A stretch of 64,000 nt of DNA from an uncultured bacterium (GTDB lineage: Bacteria > Desulfobacterota_D > UBA1144 > Nemesobacterales > UBA2774). Where the stretch lies: the NCBI GenBank assembly GCA_963705505.1, contig CAVPJU010000010.1, forward strand, positions 448,001 to 512,000, read 5' to 3'. The notes beneath the pieces were generated by a model. The model was not told the DNA's origin. It did no database searches and saw nothing but the letters and a program-made list of their open reading frames with translations. A program made the translations under genes and the position numbers. Shown here piece after piece: positions 20,038 through 30,334 of the stretch (the first letter of the stretch is position 1; each line of letters starts with the position of its first letter).

Positions 20038-20745
20038 ATGAAAAGCTCAGACGCCCTTTTACTGCGGAAGAGACCCTACGGCGACGCCGACTACATTCTC
20101 ACGCTCTTTACGCGGGAATTCGGCAAGATCAGCGGGCTTGCGAAGAACGCAAAGACGAGCAGGAAGCGTTTCGGCGGCAGGCTCGAACCGTTCGTCCTTT
20201 TCCGCGTGAGGTTCCGTGATAAACCCGGGGATATGAAATTCATAGAAGACGCGGAAACCGTCGAGGTGTTTCACCGGCTTATGGAAGACGTCGAGCTCTT
20301 TATGTGGGGGAGTTTTATAACCGAATCGGCGGACATACTGCTCCCGAAGGAATCCCCGAACGAGGATATGTTTAACCTCTTCGTCGATACGTTAAGGGAG
20401 CTCAACTCAGGGAAGAGCGCGCTGCCCGCCGTCCTCGGGTTTCAGCTCGGAGCGCTCGCGCTTTCGGGTTACACGCCCAGCCTGGATGTGTGTGCGGACT
20501 GCGGGAAGGCGCTTCAGGGAAAAGCTCACTTCAGCATCATGAAAGGAGGTACGGTCTGCGCTGACTGCGCCGGCGGCGCGCAGAACGGCGTAATCGTTTC
20601 AAGCAAATTTCTCCGCGATAAAGAATTAATGGAAATACATCTCGGGAAGGTGCTAAAATACATAAAACTCTTTCTGAGATTCACCGAATACCATACTGAA
20701 AAAAAATTGAATTCATCGAAGTTCATAGAGGAGCTAAAGATATGA
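20038..20745 (+). CDS. recO: DNA repair protein RecO
   Basis: YGDADYILTLFT...GKI...AK.A..S.KRFGGRLEPF; CxxC..CxxC zinc finger. Confidence 0.93.
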   Translation: MKSSDALLLRKRPYGDADYILTLFTREFGKISGLAKNAKTSRKRFGGRLEPFVLFRVRFRDKPGDMKFIEDAETVEVFHRLMEDVELFMWGSFITESADILLPKESPNEDMFNLFVDTLRELNSGKSALPAVLGFQLGALALSGYTPSLDVCADCGKALQGKAHFSIMKGGTVCADCAGGAQNGVIVSSKFLRDKELMEIHLGKVLKYIKLFLRFTEYHTEKKLNSSKFIEELKI

Positions 20746-21920
20746 TAAGGGTTCCCGGATTCGCCGGAAGCGGCATATCGTGCGGAATAAAAAAGAGAGG
20801 AAAGAAAGACCTTGCCCTGATCTTCTCGGAAAAACCGGCAAGAGCGGCAGGGGTGTTTACACTGAATATTGTAAAAGCGCCTCCGGTGATCCTGGGAATG
20901 GAGCGAATAAAAAGCGGATACTGCCAGGCGGTATTGATAAACAGCGGAGTCGCGAACGCATTCACCGGTAAAGCAGGGTTGAAAGCCGCGGTACTGACGA
21001 CTCAGTACGTCGCAAAAGAGCTCGGAATCGACGAGTCTCTTGTCATCCCTTCCTCAACGGGGGTCATAGGAGGACAGCTCCCGACGGATAAAATAGAGAA
21101 AGCCGCCCCTCGTCTCGTCTCGGAACTGAGAGAGGACGGGCTCTCGGACGCGGCGGAGGCGATAATGACTACGGATGCGTTCCCCAAGTACGCACTCACC
21201 AAGGTCGGCATAGGCGGAAGGACGGGAACCGTATGCGTCATCGGAAAGGGAGCGGGGATGATAATGCCCAACATGGCTACGATGCTCGCATACATCCTCA
21301 CCGACATCAACGTGGACAAGCGGACGATATCAAAAGCGCTCAGGAACTCGGTCTATAACTCCTTCAACAAGATTATAGTGGACGGGGATACCTCCACGAA
21401 CGATACGGTGCTCATGCTTGCGAACGGGAAGCTCGGAAACACCGCAATAGGTGTGACAGGAACGTTATACAGGAAATTCGAGCAGGCGGTGACGGAAACA
21501 GCAACGGAAGTTGCCGAGCTGATAGTGAAGGACGGAGAGGGCGCGACGAAGACAGTAAGGATAATCGTGAAGGGAGCGAAGTCGGAGAAGGACGCTGAGA
21601 ATATCGCGCGGACGATAGGCACGTCGCTGCTTGTAAAGAGCGCTCTCTACGGAGAGGACCCGAACTGGGGAAGGATAGTGGCCGCTGCCGGGAGAGCTGG
21701 AGTGGATTTCAACCCCGACAGGCTCGACCTCTATTTCGGAGAGCACAAGGTTTTGAGCAATTCGAGAGAGGTGATGGATGAGGGCAAAGCCCTTGAAATC
21801 ATGAAGACTCCTAAATTCTCGATCACGCTTGACCTCAAGACCGGAAAGAAGGCTTCGTTCGTAATCACGAGCGATATCACGTACGACTATCTAAAGATAA
21901 ACGCGCATTATAGGACATAG
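20742..21920 (+). CDS. argJ: Ornithine acetyltransferase / N-acetylglutamate synthase
   Basis: NSG.ANAFTG, SSTGVIG, AIMTTD, KGAGMI.PNMATML, DGDTSTND, DGEGATK, DPNWGRI. Confidence 0.96.
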   Translation: MIRVPGFAGSGISCGIKKRGKKDLALIFSEKPARAAGVFTLNIVKAPPVILGMERIKSGYCQAVLINSGVANAFTGKAGLKAAVLTTQYVAKELGIDESLVIPSSTGVIGGQLPTDKIEKAAPRLVSELREDGLSDAAEAIMTTDAFPKYALTKVGIGGRTGTVCVIGKGAGMIMPNMATMLAYILTDINVDKRTISKALRNSVYNSFNKIIVDGDTSTNDTVLMLANGKLGNTAIGVTGTLYRKFEQAVTETATEVAELIVKDGEGATKTVRIIVKGAKSEKDAENIARTIGTSLLVKSALYGEDPNWGRIVAAAGRAGVDFNPDRLDLYFGEHKVLSNSREVMDEGKALEIMKTPKFSITLDLKTGKKASFVITSDITYDYLKINAHYRT

Positions 21921-21977
21921 GTATTCTTTGCATATTCCCATCCGAAAAAAACGACGAGATAACAGGATAAAAATGAG

Positions 21978-22140
21978 AACCTGAATCGGGCCTGCCCTGA
22001 AGTTGATTCAGGGTTCGGATGGCGCCCTTCGACAGGCTCAGGACAGGCGGGCTCGACTTCATTTGTTGCCATCAGCATATGAGCAACGAAGAACCCTTAT
22101 ATGATATGTGCGCAGATTCTGCGCCTCACGGCAAACGGGC
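21978..22140. repeat. REP-like palindrome cluster between convergent argJ and pyrD
   Basis: CCTGCCCTGAAGTTGATTCAGGG and GCCCTTCGACAGGCTCAGGACAGGC (22025-22048), plus a degenerate ..CTCACGGCAAACGGG. Confidence 0.7.
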
Positions 22141-22179
22141 TAAGGGTAGAATCGTCTTAAACTAGAATTTCTGCGACCC

Positions 22180-23284
22180 CTACTTCCCCGCGGCGATGCC
22201 GACTAATTCATCGAGCGACTTTACACCTTCCCTCTCCATAAAGTCCACGATCCCCCTGTTGATCCTCCCCGCTACTGTCGTCCCCTCACCCCGGATAGCG
22301 GTCACGATTTGAAGCGCCCTGGCGCCCGCCCTAATCTTCTCGAGCGCGGTTTCGGCGTCTTTAATCCCGCCGACCCCGATTATCTCGAGCTTATCCCCCG
22401 CCTGCCTGTATATGTGAGCGACCTTTTCAGTAGTCATTTTTCTGTAATCCTCATCGTCACCGCTGAGCCCGCCCGGCTGGCCCCTCCACTTCTCCCCGTA
22501 TTTCGCCTTCATTTCGGGAATGTCAGCGGTATTGGCAGCGATTATACCGGTGATCGAGTGTTCGACCGCAACTTCCAGTATGTCGTCTACTTCCTTCGAA
22601 GCTGAGCTCAGGCGCGATCTTCACGAATAGCGGCTTCCTACCGCCCTCCCCTTCCATTGCATCGTTGACGGCCTGAATGATATCCCTCTTCCTCCCCTTC
22701 TCATGGAGCATCCGGAGACCCGGCGTATTGGGGGAGCTTACGTTTATAGCGAAGTAATCGGCGTAGCCGTAGAGCCTTCTTGCGACCGCGGCGTGAGCTT
22801 CGGGGGAATCGTCGTGTGGTACGTCCCTGTTCATGCCTATGCTTATACCGATCCTCACTGGCGCGCCTTCATATCTGCTCAGGTTCTTCGCCACTACGTC
22901 CATGCCCGGGCTATTGAACCCGAGCCAGTTTATAGCGACCCCGGGAGATACCATGAACTGCCTCGGCCTGGGGTTCCCGGGCTGCCTGTATTCCAGCACC
23001 GAGCCCACTTCGACGCCCGCGAACCCGAGATGCCATAAGCCCATCAGGGCACGCCCCGATTTGTCCCAACCGGCACCCACGATCAGCGGATTGTCGAATT
23101 CGACGCCTCCCAAGGTCGTACGGAGCCTTTTGTCGGTAAACCTCTCGTGTCCGTCCGCGAAAAGCTCGACGAGCTTTAGAGTGATAGGAGTTAATTCGGC
23201 AAAATGAAGGGATTCCCTTGCGATATTGTGGAAGGTTTCGGAATCGAGCCTGTCGAGGACAGGCCTTATTATTTCTTTATACAT
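22180..23284 (-). CDS. pyrD: Quinone-dependent dihydroorotate dehydrogenase, one frameshift near 22595
   Basis: [41 protein letters not shown]; second frame has GGLSG, IIGVGGI, AGA..LQI.T. Confidence 0.92.
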
Positions 23285-24376
23285 TGAACCTGAAAAGGAG
23301 TATGTCTCCGTCTTTTACCACATATTCCTTTCCCTCAGACCTCATCTTTCCTGCTTCCTTCAGCGCTGCCTCGGAGCCCGCAGCAATGAAATCTTCGTAG
23401 CTGCCGTCTCGGCCCTTATAAAACCCCTCTCGAAGTCAGAGTGTATGACTCCGGCCGCCTGAGGCGCCTTCGCTCCGGACTTTACTGTCCATGCCCTAAC
23501 TTCCTTGGGCCCCTGCGTGAAATATGTGATTATTCCAAGTTTATGATAAGCGACCTTGGCCAGCCTGTCGAGACCGGAGCTCTCGAGCCCGAGATCTTTA
23601 AGGAACATCTTCTTCTCCTCGTACGGCAGCTCGGCTATTTCAGCCTCGATCTTCGCCGAAAGCACGATAACCTCTGACTCGTCCTTCTCGGCATATTCCC
23701 TCACCTTCCGCACCTCTTCGTTCCCCGTGGCGTCCGGTATATCCCCTTCCCCGACGTTGCACACGTAGAGGACCGGTATCCTCGTCAGGAGGTACATCTC
23801 CCTCACGACCTTAGCGGATTCCTCGTCGAGGGGGAAGCTCCTGACCTTGTTCCCGTTCTCGACATGCTCTCTCAGCCGCGTCACTACATCGAGCATCTCT
23901 TTCATCTTCTTATCCCCGCTCTTGGCCTGCGACTGGAGCCTCTCCTCGCGCTTCTCTATCGTCTCAAGGTCTTTTAAGATGAGCTCGTCCTCTATTATAT
24001 GAATATCCCGCAAGGCGTCCGTAGAGCCCTCGACGTGCATGACGTTATCGTCCTCGAAGCAGCGCACGGTATGGAGTATGAGGTCCACTTCCCTGATACT
24101 GGCGAGGAACGCGTTCCCCTTGCCCTTGCCTTCGGATGCGCCCTTCACGAGACCGGCGATGTCCACGACTTCCAGGTAGCTGGGCGTAATTTTCTGGGGT
24201 TTTACCAGAGCTGCCAGCTTGTAGAGCCTCTCGTCAGCTACCGGTATTACACCCACGTTGTCTTCTATCGTGGTGAAGGGAAAGTTCCCGACCTCGGCTC
24301 CCGCGTTCGTGAGCGCATTAAAAAGTGTGGACTTCCCGACATTGGGAAGGCCTACGATTCCGCATTTTAGTCCCAT
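23277..24376 (-). CDS. ychF: Redox-regulated ATPase YchF, one frameshift near 23404
   Basis: [50 protein letters not shown]; the shifted frame ends [19 protein letters not shown]. Confidence 0.95.
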
Positions 24377-24500
24377 AATTTTAATTTATACCTTTATTTG
24401 AGATATTGTACAGGTAAGGAAAAACTGCTGATAAGCTACCTCAACGAAAAGCGCAGTCAAGGAAAGGAGGTTTGTTTACATAGATGAATCGCCTGAAGAA

Positions 24501-24709
24501 GAGATTGCTTCGCTCGCAGCTCGCAATGACAAAAAAATGAGTACATCCTTCGACGGGGCTCAGGATGAACGGATTAAAAAATTAAATCCACCTATTTTGG
24601 TTTCGGGGATGCACTGCCTGAAGTTAAGGGACGTTGGTGCTATTTACGTAATGGCGTCCAGTTCTTGCGCTTGCTCAGAACCGTACCCTCCTTTACGAAA
24701 GGAGGGAAT
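24501..24709. repeat. REP-like cluster
   Basis: GAGATTGCTTCGCTCGCAGCTCGCAATGACA (24501), ATCCTTCGACGGGGCTCAGGATGAACGGA (24545), ACCCTCCTTTACGAAAGGAGGGAAT (24685). Confidence 0.75.
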
Positions 24710-24775
24710 CAAAGACAAAAAGACCGGACCGAATTACACATTGAGGGTATGAGGATATATAGTACGCGATCCCCC

Positions 24776-25243
24776 CTATTGAGCAGTCTCCGGGCACGGG
24801 CTTTCATCGAGGTTGAACCAGATGGTCTTGTGGCCGCCGTCGCTATTCCCCGTTTCGTAAAATAAAATATAATGGATTTCCTCATGCCTTAGGGCCCTGA
24901 TGAACGTCTCTTTGTCCAAACCGTCCAGGATCGCTATCTCGTCCTTAGTCTGGCACGCGACCAGGTGATCGGGCGGTATGTCGCCGCACGTGAGGTCTTT
25001 CCTTATAGTTATTTCCTTAACTATGGCCACGTCCGTCGCATCGAGGTCCTCTATATCGTCCCTGGCCTTACTCTCCGTCTCCATGCAATCAGCCTGGTCG
25101 TTCCAAATGGCGATCTCTTCATCCGTGAGAGCCCTCCTCTCCACTACCTCTCCGTGGATCGGGTTTGATCCCGAATCGCCCGTGTCGATGCACCCGGCTA
25201 AAATTACAGTAAAGAAGACCGATGTAAGTGCAATGTATTTCAT
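24776..25243 (-). CDS. Lipoprotein with HExxH zinc-peptidase-like motif
   Basis: Lipobox LAGC; LRHEEIHY...GGH. Confidence 0.7.
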   Translation of the reverse strand: MKYIALTSVFFTVILAGCIDTGDSGSNPIHGEVVERRALTDEEIAIWNDQADCMETESKARDDIEDLDATDVAIVKEITIRKDLTCGDIPPDHLVACQTKDEIAILDGLDKETFIRALRHEEIHYILFYETGNSDGGHKTIWFNLDESPCPETAQ

Positions 25244-25592
25244 AATCCCCACCTCGTCCAATCAATATATCCCAACAGCCTTTAATTTCCAGTAGCTAAA
25301 AATCATCATATCGCTATCTCCGAAGGGGGGTCGGATTTCCATGTCTTAACCGCACACGATCGCCCCGCTTTATTTTTCTTCCGTTGATTTTATGAACACG
25401 TCCCTATGCCGGCGTCCTCGAATATTTCCAAAACCCATTGACGCGGTGAAGCACCTGAAGCATAATCTCGGAAATAGGGACACGGCGCGCAGTATTCCCG
25501 TTCGCAACGGAACCGATACAGGGCGAAAGATAGTTAAAGAGGGGAAATGGAGCGCCTGTATCGTCCTGATTTCGAGCAAAAGGAGATGTGAA

Positions 25593-26127
25593 ATGAGTCC
25601 TAGAGTCAGAAAATCTCTAAACCAGCTCTCCCGTGTATTCCTCCTGACCCTCGTTCTCGGGGTCGGAGGGCTTGCCGTATCCCCGCCGCACGCGTCGGCT
25701 GCCGGCGGGACGGCAAAGGGGACAATAAAGATTAAAGGACAAGACGGTTGAGCTTAAATACGCGTACCTCGTCAAGGGACCCGACAGTTTCGATCCGAGT
25801 AAGACCATAAGCACGATCATCATTACACCGAACGACATCAGCCAGAAAATCTCCGAATGCCAGAGCGCCTCATGCGCCGGAGGTATCACCGAGGGCATGA
25901 CCCTCGGGAAAGAGGATTTCGGGAGCACGACGAGGGTAGTTTACTGGGTCGTCACGAAAGACGGGATGATGCAGTATTCGGGGAATACAAACGTTTCGGC
26001 GCTCGTTCTCAGCACCGACAAGCCGGACAGGATGGCGGGCAAGTTCAGCGTCGATGATTCGCCGGCGGACGGGCCCAAGATAGACGCCGAGTTCGACGCG
26101 CCGCTCGCGAAGGAGTTCAAGGAATAG
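25593..26127 (+). CDS. Secreted hypothetical protein, one frameshift near 25738
   Basis: AGGAG SD; signal peptide ending ASA. Removing one A joins GTIKIK to DKTVELKYAYLVKGPD and the 25897..26127 ORF. Confidence 0.7.
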
Positions 26128-26453
26128 CACGATGTGCCGGAAGGGAGGAAAGTTGAATACCGCTCCGGCAGTTAATGGATTGCGGGGGAAATCACATCGG
26201 ACTGCACGATAAAGGCGGTTCTTCCGGACGGATATTCCGGAATATGACGCCGGCTACGCCCGATTAACGAACAAATCGCGCAGGAAACACGCTCCTGACT
26301 GTTAATTTTCCAGGGTGCTGTTCATGGGCAGTAATTCTTAATTAATAAAATTAAGCTTAGAAGTTGCCTCATAATCATGTAATTTATTTCTAACGAAAAT
26401 TCCGGCGAGCCTTGCGGCCCAGTCCGGAAAATCGACAGGAGGTATTAAACGCG

Positions 26454-27257
26454 ATGAATATTTCGACCCGACCAATTAATAAATTTATTCTTTCAATCTT
26501 CGTTTTCTCCGTAATTGCTGCTTTCTCATTCGATCCGTTCACCGCCGGTGTAGCTCAAGCCGTCGTCTATAATAATGTTGTCTATAATAATAAGGAGAAG
26601 ATATACCTTAGAGACATCACCCCGATACTCTACGAGCTCTCGGAGGTGGGCAAAACGGTGAGCGCGAAGGCCGTAAGTCTTCAGAATTCAACCCCGGAGG
26701 TGTGTTCTCACGAGTTCGGCTACTACCAGGGGATAGTGGAATCAATGAGGGTGCGGCTGAACAGCATACCCCCTCCCCCCAGAATGGTGAACGTCCAGTC
26801 AACGGCGCTGCTCGCTATAGGGGACTACATAAGCGGACTCGACCTCTACGAAAAAGCGTGTACTGAAGATGACTACAGCCTGAAATCCAAGATGGGCTAC
26901 GACGGAAGGCAGAGGATAATAAACGCTGATGTAAAGATCAGGCAGGTTAACAGCTTGATCATGAACCCCGTGCCGAAGCCTCCGGTAGCGGCAGCTGCCG
27001 CCGCCGAGAACAAGATCCAGCAGATGTGCGCGTCCACCTGGCCCGCAGACCAGAGAATGCAGGACTACTGTATAAAAAACCAGACCGAAGCCCTAAGCAA
27101 GCTGAGTAAAATGGCGAGTATGTACGCTCAGGGCTCGAGAGAAAGGCAGGTGATGCAAAGCTGCAGCTCCACCTGGAAAAAGGGGAACACCTACGATTAC
27201 CGGATGGTCGTTTTCTGCATCGAGAATGTGCTGGGGAAACAGGCCATACCTCAATAG
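26454..27257 (+). CDS. Exported Cys-containing hypothetical protein; paralog of 18199..19758
   Basis: AGGAGG SD; signal peptide; IYLRDITPILYE; CSSTWKKGNTYDYRMVVFC. Confidence 0.8.
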   Translation: MNISTRPINKFILSIFVFSVIAAFSFDPFTAGVAQAVVYNNVVYNNKEKIYLRDITPILYELSEVGKTVSAKAVSLQNSTPEVCSHEFGYYQGIVESMRVRLNSIPPPPRMVNVQSTALLAIGDYISGLDLYEKACTEDDYSLKSKMGYDGRQRIINADVKIRQVNSLIMNPVPKPPVAAAAAAENKIQQMCASTWPADQRMQDYCIKNQTEALSKLSKMASMYAQGSRERQVMQSCSSTWKKGNTYDYRMVVFCIENVLGKQAIPQ

Positions 27258-27289
27258 AATGAAACCCCCTCAGTGTTAAGGAGGAATCC

Positions 27290-27649
27290 ATGCTCGAAGT
27301 AATCCCGTTCGGGGAGGGGAACATAATCGGGTTCCGCCTCAAGGGAAAGATAGAGGACAATGAATTCGACGAAATCGTGAGGACCATGGAGGAGAGGCTC
27401 AAGGAGCATAAGAAGCTCAGGATTTACGCCGAGATAGAGGAGTTCAAGGGCATGTCCGTCAACACCTTCATGAAGGACATCCATTACAGCCTCAAACACT
27501 GGAGGGACTTTGACAAGGAAGCCGTCGTCTCCGACAAGGGCTGGCTCAAGACCTGGGTCGAGATCGCGGGGAGCTTATTCCCCGGCATCGAGGTAAAGCA
27601 CTTCTCGTTCGAGGAGAAGGAAAAGGCGAAGGAATGGGTGAGGGGGTGA
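27290..27649 (+). CDS. SpoIIAA-like (STAS/SEC14) domain protein
   Basis: IGFRLKGKI..., D....F.K.AVVSD..W, EVKHF....EKA.EW. Confidence 0.85.
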   Translation: MLEVIPFGEGNIIGFRLKGKIEDNEFDEIVRTMEERLKEHKKLRIYAEIEEFKGMSVNTFMKDIHYSLKHWRDFDKEAVVSDKGWLKTWVEIAGSLFPGIEVKHFSFEEKEKAKEWVRG

Positions 27650-27715
27650 GTATTAAATAGCTAAATTACAGTCCGAATAAATACTGATGTAAACATTACC
27701 GAAATTTTTACTCCC

Positions 27716-28225
27716 ATGAATAACCTGCCAATCTTAAGACCTATGAACCCCGGAGAGGAGATCGAGGTCTGTAACCTCGTCGCGAGGTCGTTCAACGAGT
27801 TCGTAGCCCCGGATTTCCCCGATGAAGGGATAGAGGAGTTCTTCAACTACGCAAACCCGCGCTCTCTCATAAAGCGCTCGGAGGGCAATCACTTTGTCGT
27901 TGTCGCCGAGACGGAGGGCTTTATCGCAGGGATGATAGAGATAAGGGAAATGAGGCACGTCTCGATGCTCTTCGTGGATAAGGCTTTTCACAGGAGAGGA
28001 ATCGGAAAGGAGCTTTTGAGAGTCGCGCTCGAAAAGATAAAATCCAATGGCCGCCCGCTCAAAAAAGTTACTGTACATTCCTCACGCTTCGCAGTGCCCT
28101 TTTATGAGAGCCTCGGCTTCATCCGGACAGAAGAGGAAAAAATCATCCACGGCGTAATCCATATTCCCATGGCGCTCAGTCTATCGGAAGGTAGAATAAT
28201 AAGCCATGAAAACACCATTCGATAA
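27716..28225 (+). CDS. GNAT N-acetyltransferase
   Basis: LFVD..FHRRGIGK.LL, VHSS.FAVPFYESLGF. Confidence 0.9.
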   Translation: MNNLPILRPMNPGEEIEVCNLVARSFNEFVAPDFPDEGIEEFFNYANPRSLIKRSEGNHFVVVAETEGFIAGMIEIREMRHVSMLFVDKAFHRRGIGKELLRVALEKIKSNGRPLKKVTVHSSRFAVPFYESLGFIRTEEEKIIHGVIHIPMALSLSEGRIISHENTIR

Positions 28226-28928
28226 AAAATCCTCGGTCAGGGAAATAAAAGAACGGTTCGATGCGGACGTTGACCGTTTCTCGAACCTCGAAACCGGCCA
28301 GCAGGCCGTGATCGACGCCCCGGTGATGCTGGAGCTGATATCGGAGCTTGCGGTGAAGATTAAGCCGGATGCCGAGAATCTGCTCGACATAGGGTGCGGC
28401 GCGGGGAACAACACAATCGCAATTCTGAGGCGCAAAGGTGGAATAAACTGCGACCTCGCCGATATCAGCCTTTCCATGCTCGAGCGCGCGAGGGAACGAC
28501 TATCGAACGAAAACGCGGGAGAAGTCAGAATTTTCCACGGTGATTTCAGGGAGTTAGACCTCCCCATTTCACATTACGATATAATTGTCGCAGCAGCGGT
28601 GCTCCACCACCTCCGGGACGATGAAGACTGGGAAAAATGCTTCAGAAAGATTTACGGCCTCCTCAAGCCGGGCGGGGCGTTTTTCGTAAGCGACCTGGTA
28701 TTCCACGAGAACGACAGGGTGCACGAAGAAATGTGGAGGAGGTACGGCGAGTATCTGGAGCAGACAGGGGGACCCGGTTACAGCGGCAAGGTGTTCGATT
28801 ATATAGATAAAGAAGACACGCCCCGGAGCCTCACGTATCAGATCGATCTGATGAGGAAAGTCGGGTTCCGGAATGCCGATGTCCTCCACAAGAACTCGTG
28901 CTTCGCCGCCTTTGTGGGGATTAAATAG
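28206..28928 (+). CDS. Class I SAM-dependent methyltransferase
   Basis: LLDIGCGAG, DIS..ML, AVLHHL, LKPGG. Confidence 0.9.
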   Translation: MKTPFDKKSSVREIKERFDADVDRFSNLETGQQAVIDAPVMLELISELAVKIKPDAENLLDIGCGAGNNTIAILRRKGGINCDLADISLSMLERARERLSNENAGEVRIFHGDFRELDLPISHYDIIVAAAVLHHLRDDEDWEKCFRKIYGLLKPGGAFFVSDLVFHENDRVHEEMWRRYGEYLEQTGGPGYSGKVFDYIDKEDTPRSLTYQIDLMRKVGFRNADVLHKNSCFAAFVGIK

Positions 28929-29004
28929 GCTATTATTCTTTTGAGAGCGGTCTCCAGCCACACCCCTTCATCATGGAAGGGATAAGAGTATAAGAACGGC
29001 ACAA

Positions 29005-29086
29005 TTAAAATCCACCCTGACCCTCCTTTACAAAAGGAGGGAATTAATGATAAAGGCGAGATTGCTTCGCGGCGCTCGCAATGACA
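29005..29086. repeat. REP-like cluster
   Basis: AAATCCACCCTGACCCTCCTTTACAAAAGGAGGGAAT and GAGATTGCTTCGCGGCGCTCGCAATGACA, near-identical to the copies at 24685 and 24501. Confidence 0.75.
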
Positions 29087-29179
29087 GAATTAAGTTCGCC
29101 TATTCTCACTGGACAATAAATACCCGCTGATGTAGATTGGAATTTATTAAAGCGCCTGATTACCTGAGCCGAGGACGAT

Positions 29180-30320
29180 ATGCCGGGAAAGAATCAGCTG
29201 AGCCGAAGAGAAGTGATAAAGTTGGCGGGCATGGGTTTGCTCACTGCAGCATTCTCCGAGGCATGCGCTCCCAAAAAAGTAACTAAACCCCCGGTCCGTC
29301 CTTACAGAGACTTCCCGATGGTAGAGGTATCCGAGGACAGGGTAATAAGACAGGCTGTAGGTCTCAGGCCTTTTCGTCCTTCGGGATTCGTCGTACGACA
29401 TGACAGGGTCGGAGATAAAGACATCATACATAACTACGGGCACGGCGGAGGCGGGCTTTCTCTCTCATGGGGCACGTCCCATCTGGCGGTGGAGAAGGCG
29501 CTGCCCCTGGGACACAGCAGCTGCGCTGTGATAGGGTGCGGAGCCGTGGGTCTTGCCACGGCAAGGCTCATGCAGTTCAAGGGGTATGAAGTCACGATAT
29601 ACGCGAAAGACCTCCCGCCGTACACGACATCGAACGTAGCCGCCGGGCAGTGGTCCCCATTCACGGTTTACGATGAGAATAGAATTACTCCCCAGTTCTA
29701 TAACGAATTCCTGCGCGCTTCGAGGCTTATCGTTCGGCTATTTCCGGAAGCTGATAGGGAGCTATTACGGCGTGAGAGTCGCCGACAACTTCTATTTCGG
29801 GGACTACCCGGTCGAGCTTCCCGATGCCATACACGAGCTCCCGGATATTTACGGCGAGCTCAAGACTCTCGTCCCCGGACAGTACCCGTTCGACGAGCCC
29901 TCGTGCGTCACATTAAAAACCATGCTCATAGATTCTCCGACCTATTTAAACGCCGTGATGAACGATTTCAGGAAGGACGGCGGAAATATTTACGTCAGGA
30001 ATTTCAGCGGGACCGGAGAGCTCCTTACTCTCACCGAGCCGCTCATAATGAACTGCACCGGACTCGGCTCCTACTTCCTCTTCAAAGACTACGAGCTCGA
30101 GCCCGTAAAAGGTCAGCTCATCGTGCTCCTCCCGCAGCCGGAGGTGGATTACATTACGCTCGAAAAAAGGGCAGGCATATACATGATACCGCGCTCGGAC
30201 GGCATAATGCTCGGCGGTTCCAGGGACTACGGCAACTGGAGCATGGCGCCCGACCCCGAAGTGACCGAGCGTATATACGAGGGACAGTCCCGGTTCTGGA
30301 AAGGCTTGCCCGCGGTTTGA
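29180..30320 (+). CDS. Tat-exported D-amino acid oxidase-like FAD oxidoreductase (circularly permuted), one frameshift near 29725
   Basis: SRREVIK Tat motif; GLRP and HNYGHGGGG lie before VIGCGAVG and TTSNVAAG; second frame has NCTGLGS, PVKGQ, YMIPR. Confidence 0.85.
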
Positions 30321-30334
30321 GGTAAAATATCGGA

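Noticed and set aside
22595..23404. Programmed frameshifting or true pseudogenes in pyrD and ychF
   Set aside because: There are no canonical slippery heptamers, shift directions are mixed, and similar indels are scattered across the window, so sequencing error is simpler.
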